The notes below the pieces were generated by a model. The model saw only the letters and a program-made list of their open reading frames with translations, searched no databases and had not been told where the DNA came from. A stretch of DNA of 64,000 nt from Lingula anatina (lineage: Eukaryota; Animalia; Brachiopoda). Shown here piece after piece: positions 1 to 11,000 of this stretch. The first letter of the stretch is position 1, and each line of letters starts with the position of its first letter. The DNA lies in NCBI GenBank assembly GCA_051362555.1, contig CM120649.1:20102567-20166566 (forward strand), read 5' to 3'. The translations under genes were made by a program, and so were the position numbers.

Positions 1-256
1 CTAACTCACTTCTTTCACAAGTTATCAACTAATTTAGAGTTTTTTTTTCTTTTTTTTTATTTTTATAAATCCGTTCAAAACTTTCTCCTAGTCATGTCAA
101 TAAAATAATAAGCCGTAATGGTATATTTTTTTTTATTTCAAAAATATTTCATAAATAAATAAGATTTTATAAATCTATCATTCTTGCGTCTTGGGCACTT
201 CATGGCCAGCTCCTAAGCATATTTCCAGAGAAATAACAAGACAACCAAATACTTAC

Positions 257-3200
257 ATTAGGATGCAAGTTGCCCAGATAAAGATTGGTCGTCTCTCTAT
301 CATTGTCATACATAAAATTTTTTTCATCTGGAATAACACAATATATGCAGATCAAGATTTATCTTTGTCTTTTTAGATTATAAATGTATCACTCACTATA
401 AAAACTGATGTATATCATATTATTTTACACTTTTACAAACACATTCAACTGATTATTGTTGATATATTTCCCTACCACCAAATATATTGGAAGGTCTTCC
501 AAATGGAGACACCTCAGGAGGCTCTAAGTGGCTGACAGAGGCCGGCGGAAGACCTTGGTCCACAGCCATGTCACGTAGCTGCTTCTTGATCTTGTGCCTC
601 TCTTGTCTCTCTTCCTGAATCCTGGAAGAAAGCAAAGTTGAACTCTTAAGAGAGGTCTGAAAACTCCCTGTAATAATATCCCTGGACCAACAGTGCTGGA
701 CCAACACAGCCAGTGGTCTGAGAGCTGGACACCACACAGGACCAACAGTGCTGGACCAACACAGCCAGTGGTCTGAAAGCTGGACACCACACAGGACAGC
801 ATAATTACCTTGTCCAGTACAGACCTAACTTAAGGTAACAGACTCAATTTTGTTTAGAAGTTTGTATCTAAACATGTGGATTATTCCTGGTACAACTGAC
901 TCCTGATTTAGGACATCTGCAGTCACCTGTGCACAGAGAAAACACAAACTGCTGCTTACATTTTTAGTTCTTCTTTAAAAAGTTCCAAGTTTGTTTTCTT
1001 TTTCTCTGCTTCTTTCTTTTTCTTCAGTGACATTGGCTGTAAAAATAAGGAAAAAATTATCATGAAAAAAAATCTCTTTCTAAACAAAATGCAAAGATCA
1101 CTTTTTCATAGCTCTATTCTTATTAAAACCTGGGATCAAATAATTAATAGAATCAAACTAAGTTTGCTTATCAAAAATGAAAATATGTATATTCCATTCA
1201 TATAATTCTATTTGGGCATATTAAAGAAGTTTAACATGAGAAAGTCAAGTCTGCACCTTTTCCAAAAATGTTCTTTCATTTTCAAAATAGAAAGAACCTA
1301 CTGTGAAAAATATATACAATGTCGTATTGTTCACAAATACTAACTTGTTTGCCTGACCCTTTCTTCGTGTTTTTAATAGTTAAATTGTGGAACACATAAC
1401 TTAAAACTGTGTGCTCTTACCCTCTCCTCTTCTGAGTCATTTCTGTTCTTCTTCTGAGCATCTTTCACAGACTGGAAGGTGGAAGCCAACTCAGCCAGCT
1501 TGGAGGTGGGTTTGTACAGTCGGCTTTTTTCTTGGGCACTGGCATCAGCTGTAACACAGTAAAGTTAGAGGCTAAATACTTTCATGTCTTATAAAACTAA
1601 AATCAATTTCACTGGCAACGTTGAAGACTGCTTATTCCTATCTGTTAGACTTGATGAACACATGGAATACTGGTCATGCTTGAAGTTTGGACATGCTTTG
1701 CAAGCAACCTTAACCGAATATGCTTCAAACTGCACCATAACTTGTTGTGAAGTTATAAAATTGACAATTTTGAGGTCTCATGCTCAGACAGTGCCTTAAG
1801 TCCACCTCCTAGTCTGCACCACTCCTCCCATACTTACTGCTTCCCTTCCCAGCCTGCACCACTCCTCCCTTACTTACTGCTTCCCTTCCCAGTCTGCACC
1901 ACTCATCCCTTACTTATTGCTTCCCTTCCCAGCCTGCACCACTCCTCCCTTACTTACTGCTTCCCTTCCCAGCCTGCACCACTCCTCCCTTACTTACTGC
2001 TTCCCTTCCCAGTCTGCACCACTCCTCCCTTACTTACTGCTTCCCTTCCCAGTCTGCACCACTCATCCCCTTACTTACTGCTTCCCTTCCCAGCCTGCAC
2101 CACTCCTCCCTTACTTACTGCTTCTCTTCCCAGTCTGCACCACTCCTCCCTTACTTACTGCTTCCCTTCCCAGTCTGCACCACTCATCCCTTACTTACTG
2201 CTTCCCTTCCCAGCCTGCACCACTCCTCCCTTACTTACTGCTTCCCTTCCCAGTCTGCACCACTCATCCCTTACTTATTGCTTCCCTTCCCAGTCTGCAC
2301 CACTCCTCCCTTACTTACTGCTTCCCTTCCCAGCCTGCACCACTCCTCCCTTACCTACTGCTTCCCTTCCCAGTCTGCACCACTCATCCCTTACTTACTG
2401 CTTCCCTTCCCAGTCTGCACCACTCATCCCTTACTTATTGCTTCCCTTCCCAGCCTGCACCACTCCTCCCTTACTTACTGCTTCCCTTCCCAGCCTGCAC
2501 CACTCCTCCCTTACTTACTGCTTCCCTTCCCAGCCTGCACCACTCCTCCCTTACTTACTGCTTCCCTTCCCAGTCTGCACCACTCCTCCCTTACTTACTG
2601 CTTTCCTTCCCAGTCTGCACCACTCATCCCTTACTTACTGCTTCCCTTCCCAGCCTGCACCACTCCTCCCTTACTTACTGCTTCCCTTCCCAGTCTGCAC
2701 CACTCCTCCCTTACTTACTGCTTCCCTTCCCAGTCTGCACCACTCATCCCTTACTTACTGCTTCCCTTCCCAGCCTGCACCACTCCTCCCTTACTTACTG
2801 CTTCCCTTCCCAGTCTGCACCACTCATCCCTTACTTATTGCTTCCCTTCCCAGTCTGCACCACTCATCCCTTACTTACTGCTTCCCTTCCCAGCCTGCAC
2901 CACTCCTCCCTTACTTACTGCTTCCCTTCCCAGTCTGCACCACTCCTCCCTTACTTACTGCTTCCCTTCCCAGTCTGCACCACTCATCCCTTACTTATTG
3001 CTTCCCTTCCCAGCCTGCACCACTCCTCCCTTACTTACTGCTTCCCTTCCCAGCCTGCACCACTCCTCCCTTACTTACTGCTTCCCTTCCCAGTCTGCAC
3101 CACTCCTCCCTTACTTACTGCTTCCCTTCCCAGTCTGCACCACTCATCCCTTACTTACTGCTTCCCTTCCCAGCCTGCACCACTCCTCCCTTACTTACTG

Positions 3201-4523
3201 CTTCCCTTCCCAGCCTGCACGACTCCTCCCTTCACCCAGGTCCTACTTCCCTTGGCTGGCTCCTGGAATGCTGCTACAAACTCCTCATAGACCTGTGCGG
3301 CAGCTTCTTGCTCTTGCTAAAATAGTGAAGCAAATACAAATTATTTTCATGTATTATAGCAAAGATCTATTTTATCTTCATTTGATCTGTATTTTATATT
3401 CTGGGCAACTAAATGCTAGTATTGAACACTGGCTTTCATTTTTCAACTAATTAAAAAATCAACTGAAGACAATTTAATCCCTTAAAATGAAATGAATCCA
3501 TCAATATGAAACATTACATAGTAAATCAAAGCACATTACAGAAGAAAAAAAAACAGTTGCTGAATGGGTTCTGCATTCTAGAAGAAAATTTAATTTTTGG
3601 ATGTTATGGTGGTCTCTAAGTACCTTTTTCTTCATCTCCTCTTGTTCTTTCTTTGTCATTCCTTTCTTAGGTAAGTTCATGCTGCCAATGTTAAATGCCT
3701 TCAGTTTGCTTTCTGATATGTTCTAAAGTAAAATAAATGATAAATTTACTAAAATTAAAATTCAAAAACAAATGAAAATTTCTGACATATGAAACAAGTA
3801 ATTTTAAACATCATATTTCAAGTACATGGGTTTTTGATACAAAAAGTATTTTAATGCCATCAACAATTCTACAAGACTTGGCCTTGCAGAGTTCCATATA
3901 CAAGAATGTATAATCCTCAAATATTAGATTAGTTTATTTTTTCATTGAAGAATGTTGGTAAAATATATTTCAAAAAAATATATTTAAAGGAAATGTACAC
4001 ATACCTTCTGTTTATCTTTAAAAGACTGCAAAACAAATAAAATAATTATCTAGTATAATTCATAATAAATAAAGACACATCACAAATGTCATGATCTAAA
4101 CATATCAGCATTTCAGAGTCATCGATACATTCAATGAGGTGTACAGTTTAGGCGGGGAACTGTAACACATGCAGTCATTTAAAAAAAACTATTTTCTCCT
4201 CATCTTATATTGAAGCATTCAAGCAGACATGTCAAAAACATTACATAATTCTTAATTCTTATATTGTTAAGTATAAGCCAATCGTATCAATAGAGCTAAA
4301 GCGCCCACATGTGAGCAGTTACTTTTATTTCTTCGGCGTTGATGACAACATATTGGTCCGAGTTTTAAGTAATTTTATGCAAGTGATCTGACCCGATAAT
4401 TATATGCAATGTTTTGTAGTAATTATTCAGAGTGTTTACACGCCATAAAAACAGCTTTACCTTCATGGCTCCCGGAGAAATCCCCTCAGACTTCAGCCCC
4501 CACGGGAGCTTTTCGGAGGCCAT
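257..4523 (-). CDS. U2SURP: U2 snRNP-associated SURP motif-containing protein (SR140), 5' exons; gene continues past the window start
   Basis: GT-AG exons 4461-4523, 4005-4025, 3624-3722, 3199-3316, 1421-1548, 960-1036, 476-621 and 257-327 join in frame. Product: MASEKLPW...SKLKAFNIGSM...KKEQEEMKKKQEQEAAAQVYEEFVAAF...KGGVV...LYKPTSK...KKKTNLELFKEELKMIQEERQERHK...TTNLYLGNLHPN. This matches the U2SURP N-terminus and RRM start as I recall them. Confidence 0.93.
683..797. repeat. Two-copy ~55-bp intronic tandem repeat
   Basis: ggaccaacagtgctggaccaacacagccagtggtctga.agctggacaccacaca occurs twice; it does not overlap an exon. Confidence 0.8.
1810..3232 (-). repeat. 40-bp tandem array (~35 copies) spanning a U2SURP splice donor
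   Basis: Minus-strand unit GGAGGAGTGGTGCAGGCTGGGAAGGGAAGCA|GTAAGTAAG. The true donor GT is at 3198; copies recur every 40 bp down to 1837. Confidence 0.95.
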
Positions 4524-5031
4524 TTTGTCTTGCACACTTTGTTCTATAGCTATTTAAGCACGCAAATATTTGATATACATCAAGTCTTGATTATAGTATG
4601 AATATAGTTATAAGGCAGTCAGTATTATAACATCACTTTGAATATATTTATTTATCCTAAAATATATTATTATATGTTTTTGCCTTTCCATACATAAAAC
4701 TTTGTTAAAACAATCAATCAACGGTACGTCACGCGTAAGTCTTATTAAAGACAAGACAAATTACAAAATATTTCATAAGAACGGATATGGGGTTTCATTC
4801 ACTTCAAAACCATACCAATAAATTTTAGATTACCTAAGGGAAAAAATCAGAATCATAAGAAATGTTCATAATGTTACATTTTTGTAATAAGTATACAAAA
4901 ATCTTAATAATATATTAACAAAAGGTGGCGCTGATTATCGCGGGGAAAAAACTGCTATCCGATACAGCACCCGGCACGTTGCGGAGTCAGGTGTAAACAG
5001 AGAGTAAAGGATGATGATTTAGACCTGCAAG
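4524..5031. promoter_or_regulatory. Bidirectional promoter region between U2SURP and INTS9
   Basis: Head-to-head start codons at 4523 (-) and 5032 (+), about 508 bp apart, with CpG-richer patches next to both. Confidence 0.65.
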
Positions 5032-8000
5032 ATGAAACTGGTAATGCTGTATTTAAGCCTTGATATTTGCCATATAATAATATATTTATGCCTTGATATT
5101 TGACATATAATTAGAATAATGGATCTTACTCAGATTAACAGCAACATTTGGAAAGTAGCAACAACCCCTAAAGTTACATTGAAGGTAAAATGTGTTAAAA
5201 ACGTTAACAGTGTCTGTATAACAGTGTTCACCACTATTTCAGTATTGTCTGTCCCATGCTGCCAGGCATCCCTGCTTCATCCTCAAGTTCAATACAGTGA
5301 CCTTAATGTTGGACTGTGGTTTGGATTACAGCTCACTTCTCCATTTCCTGCCTTTATCTTTAGTACAGAGGTGGGAAGAAATTTTTAAGCACTTTTGTGT
5401 TGTAATTTTTCTTTTGGATCATGTACTTTGCAACTTGTAAAACATATTAATTTGGTTTCTGAATCATTCATTCTGTTTTAAAGAACTATAGCAGTTACTG
5501 TACTAGTACGTGTATCATGTCAGACCATTTATTTGAAAACCAAAATCAACTTTTTCTTTCTTAAGCTCCCGGTGGTCAGATTTACCAAAATGGAAGCCCA
5601 AAGAATACAAAGGACCCTATAAATTAGAAGGTGTAAGTTTATAGTTATACATCACCCTCTATGTTAGAAATGTTTTTCATCAAAATATTTTTATTGCTTC
5701 AGTTATGTAAACCTTGCAGCAAATATTTTTATTGCAGATTATAACATTTTCTAAAATTTAAATTAATAATTACTTAATATATTGCAGTAGAGTTCTAATT
5801 TGTTGGATGTAGAACATATAGTAGAAGGTGCTGGTGTTGGTGTTGTTTATTCTAGGAGCTGAGAGAATGTGCCGGTAGAGTGTTTGTAGACAGTGTCCCA
5901 GAATTCAATGTACCTAAGGTAAATGTTATACACAGTCACTGGTCAACATCAACCTTCTTGTTGTCATATCTTTGTAGGCAAAATAGTACTGAATTTTTAA
6001 GTATTTGTGTGGAGATATTATGGTGTGGTGATTAAGATACATATTTTCTCAGGTTGTTGTGACAAATTTAGTAGATTGATAGTTATCTCTAGATTGGGCT
6101 GTTCAACCATATTGAAATGACCCAGGTATGATGTCAGCCATGTTTTATGTTCAGATAACGCTGGTGGACCTGTCAGAGGTGGATGTCATCCTCATCTCCA
6201 ACAGTCATGCCATGTTGGCGCTCCCTTACGTCACTGAGTATTCTGGATTCAAGGGTGTTGTCTATGCCACTGAACCCACTCTGCAAGCAGGCAGGTAATG
6301 GAGGGGGCACAGGCTGTTTGGATATTGTTTATAACTGATACTTAAAGTTACAGTGTGTGCTTGTTTCCACTATGTGCATGTGTGTGTTTGGTAGTGTTTG
6401 TGTGTGTGTGTGTGTGTGGGGGGGGGGGGGTCTGTGAAAGTTTTAGTTGTGAGACAAGATTTATTTGTAACTGTCTCACAAAATGGTGCACTTCTCTGTA
6501 AAGATGACCCTTTTATTCATCTTGTATCTTTTCTCCTTGCAGACAGTTCATGGAAGAGTTGGTGCAGTACATAGACAGGTGTCCCAAGGTAAACCACGCC
6601 AGCGTATGGAAGCAACCAGAGGTCATCAAGTACGTCTGGATTTTCACTGATTTCTGTCATCAATTGGCCAAGCTTAAATGTGACTGTAAATTGTAGTAAC
6701 CTAGAAACAGTGTTTTATTTGTAGAAGATATGACTATACTTTTAAAATTGAAATGGAATTTTTGTTTAAGTAGTTTTAACTACTAAAAAATTAAAATAAG
6801 AGTTTTGTCAATTTACTTGTATGTCTTTTGCATGAATGTAGATATGATGACACATTTAAGATGCTGATTTGCTTCTTTGCCCAATAACTTTGCCAATGAA
6901 TGCATTTAAGGACCTGGTTGTTTCTTCTACTTGTCAGATGTTTACCTCCTCCCTTAAAAGATGCCATACAACCGTTGTCATGGAAACAGTGTTATAGCCT
7001 GCATGACGTCAATGCTAGCTTGTCAAAGGTTCACATGGTGAACTTTAATGAGAAATTGGTAGGTTACACCTTACCTGGCAAAACTTTAATGAGAAATTGG
7101 TAGGTTACACCTTACCTGGCAAAACTTTAATGAGAAATTGGTAGGTTACTCTTTACCTGGCAGAACTTGAATGAGAAATTGGTAGGTTACACTTTACCTG
7201 GCAGAAACTAAACTGGTACTACTAGTGTACAATGGGAATCTTCTGAAAGATCAGTTGTGCATTTTCAGTTCACTTAGAGTTGTAAAACTATTTGGTCATA
7301 ATGTATAAAAACTAAGGTTATTGAGGATATTGTTCATTCGATAAGGACAAAGGACAGTTTTTTTTTGTTTGTTTTTTTAATGAGGAAGAACTGATGGGTC
7401 TATTTGTCCTTACATTGAATGTGCAGACAGGAGTTGATTTCTAAGCAGCGTTTTTTTTGTGATTTATATGATACTGTATGACATACATGATATATAATTA
7501 CTTATAAAATTTCAAAATTTCAGGACATTCTAGGGGCATTGTGTGTGACTCCTCTCAGCTCAGGCTGGTGTATTGGAGGTTGTAACTGGCTGATACAATC
7601 TGCACACGAGAAGGTAGGGGTCTGCATGCATGCACACACGTACACTAACATACATACACACACACATGAGCTTGCACGTGCACACACATACATACACACA
7701 ATACATATATATTTTTTTCTTGGATATTGAGGAAAATTGTTGTACTAAAAGGTTAATATCATTAATTGTGAATACATAGATTCTTGCTTTGAGCATATAG
7801 CCTACTCAGTATTTGTGAAATTAATGTTTGGTTTGTTTTCCAGATCTGTTACGTGGCAGGTTCCTCAACGTTGACAACATTTTCCAAGGTAGGTCACTGC
7901 TTTTACCTATGATTTAGTATACTGCTCTTGATTTAGAATACTGTTCTTGATTCAGAATGTTGTTCTGCTTGAGATTGGTACATATATGTATGAAATAGAA

Positions 8001-11000
8001 TGTTTGTGCTTGTGTGTGTTGTATATCCAGTCATGAGATTACTCTTCAATGAAATGTATTAAACAATGCAAATATTCCATGTACTCCTGTTTACAGTTAT
8101 GGCTGCTGTTGTAATGAATACTATGTTTGTTTTCTCCATAATGTCAGCCTGTAGACCACACTGCACTGAAAAATGCTGACCTCATCATCTTATCTCAGTT
8201 GACACAGACGCCACACGTCAATCCAGACTCCATGATAGGAGAGTTCTGCCTCAATGCTGGTATGAAGATTTGTTTGGTTATTTTCAGAGAAATCTTTCAT
8301 ACTTTTACAGTTTAAAATTTTCCAATGAGTGCTTAATTTTTTCTACATTTTGAATGTTCTTGGTGATTTTCTCAGTAATGTTACCTAAGATTGTTAACAG
8401 TGTTTTAGTAATTATGCTCTATATTGAAATATTTTAATGTGATCTTGCTATTTCAGCTCTGACTGTTAAGAAAGGAGGCAATGTTCTGGTTCCTGTGTAC
8501 CCAGCTGGTGTGACCTATGACCTCTTTGAATGCCTCTCTGTCCACATGGAGAGCTGTGGTCTGGCAGGTGTCCCCATGTATTTTATCTCCCCTGTAGCTG
8601 ACAGCAGTCTGGCATATTCTAATATCTTTGCTGAGTGGTAAGTTAACTGTGGACTGGCAGGTGTCCCCATGTATTTTATCTCCCCTGTAGCTGACAGCAG
8701 CCTGGCATATTCTAATATCTTTGCTGAGTGGTAAGTTAACTGTGGTCTGGCAGGTGTCCCCATGTATTTTATCTCCCCTGTAGCTGACAGCAGTCTGGCA
8801 TATTCTAATATCTTTGCTGAGTGATGAGAAAGTCATCTCATGCATTAAAGCAATTGCTGACAGTGATTCCATGTTGATAGTTCTTAAGAAAATTTTATTC
8901 ACTTCAAACCAAATCAAATACTTGAATATTTGACTTTTTGATACAGTAACTACAGTAATGATCAATGTAATGTGTAGATCTGATGAATGTGAAAGAATTA
9001 GCAGATATATACAAACCATAATTGAACACTTTACACTCCCAGGCTCTCAGACAGTAAACAATCCAAGGTGTACCTTCCAGAGCCACCCTTTCCACATGCA
9101 GAGGTAAGCAAATCAATACGAACTGTTGTACACATTATATGGGCCGTCCTTCTCAAATGTAACTTATAGCTGAGTTGATTTAATTAAATATCTAATATAC
9201 AGGAAATCTTCCAAATCCTGAGAGCTAAACTGTTTTTCTGATTGCATTGTTTACTAACAGTAACAATATATTCCTTTTGCTTCCACTTCCCTTTGCACCC
9301 TCTCTCTCTGCTAACATTGAAACTCTTACTGTATTACTGCATTAACCATGATTGGTTGAGAGGCTAAGTACAAAGTCTTTCTCTTTTTAATGTCTCACAA
9401 AATTTTAGACGTTTTCAAATATTGGCTTTTCTGGGCAAAGCTCAACTCTTTCTCTGCAAATAAAAATGTTTGAGGATTTGAAGATCTGTAGATTTTAGAA
9501 ATACCACATCTCCACTGATGTTAGAACTACGTGCATATTGGTCAATCTGAGCAGAGCTGTTGCACATCAACATTTGGTCATCTCTCTTCGTAATTAAATC
9601 ATTAAGGGAAAGTGTGGTTTGAAATAAGATAATGAAAATGTAGCTCAGTAATTTATTCTCTTTGCAGTTGATAAGTGCTGGCAGACTGCGGCATTACCCT
9701 AGTATACATGGTGAGTGGGGACACTTTATATATGTAGCAAACAATTTTTGTTTGTGTGTTTGCATTTCTTCAAAAGATTTTGGTGTCTCAAAACTGGTTT
9801 CAATAAATATTATTAAGCAAAACAGAAGTTTAGAAGTCATGTGTTTTACTTGACTTCAGTAAAGACTTCAAGACTCCCTGTGTAGTATTTACAAGACATC
9901 CACCTTTGGGATTTGATGTAATAATATTTTGTGTTTTGAGATTTGATGTAATAATATTTTGTGTTTTAGGTGACTTCAGTAAAGACTTCAAGACTCCCTG
10001 TGTAGTATTCACAGGACACCCATCTTTGAGATTTGGAGATGTTGTTCATTTTATTGAAATGTGGGGAAAGACCAGTGCAAATGCCATCATATTTACTGGT
10101 AGGTGAAAATCTCTTGTTTATGTGTACTATGTGAAAGTGGTGATGATGAGGAAAATAGTTACCTAATCATTATGTTTAAAATGTCTCCATGGATATATAA
10201 TGAGCATGTCAAACATACCGATGACTCCCCAGATGGTTTCTTAGATGTGGATTTTGTGTGGCAATTATTAAGCTAAAAGTTTTTATTAGGAAAATCTTTG
10301 TGTTTACGGGATAAAGGTTGTATAAAAGTAGTGCAGAGTTAAAGTCATGAAATTTGTTAAATTAAATATTTTTTTTTCTTTTTCAGAGCCAGATTTCTAC
10401 TACCTAGATGCTCTGGCCCCCTACCAACCCCTGGCTATGAAAGTAGGAACAGGCCAAAGATTGGGATCAGCAATTTTAAGAATGAATAGATCAATAAATA
10501 AATAATAAAATAAATAAATGATTATGTTAATAAAATGTAAGATAATAACGATAAGAATTCATTGATGTATGATTTATTCCAGGTTCTTTGCTGCCCTATA
10601 GACACAAGTCTCAACTTCTCCCAGACTAACAAGTTGATCAAGGATCTCAAGCCACAGCATTTTGTAATCTCAGAGACGTACACACGCCCCCCTCCTCTGT
10701 ATCCACATAGAACTGACCTTGTGGTGGACCCAGTAAGTATATATACACACTGTATCCACATAGAACTGACCTTGTGGTAGACCCAGTAAGTATATACACA
10801 CTGTATCCACATAGAACTGACCTTGTGGTGGACCCAGTAAGTATATACACACTGTATCCACATAGAACTGACCTTGTGGTAGACCCAGTAAGTATATACA
10901 CACTGTATCCACATAGAACTGACCTTGTGGTGGACCCAGTAAGTCTATACACACTGTATCCACAAAGAACTGACCTTGTGGTGGACCCAGTAAGTATATA

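Noticed and set aside
150-240. GC-richer patch in a U2SURP intron, a possible snoRNA
   Set aside because: No convincing C/D or H/ACA box arrangement could be identified by eye.
1917-3450. Long plus-strand ORFs (457, 390 and 295 aa) of Pro/Leu-rich repeats
   Set aside because: They are by-products of a 40-bp array that has no stops on this strand, and they are antisense to a U2SURP intron.
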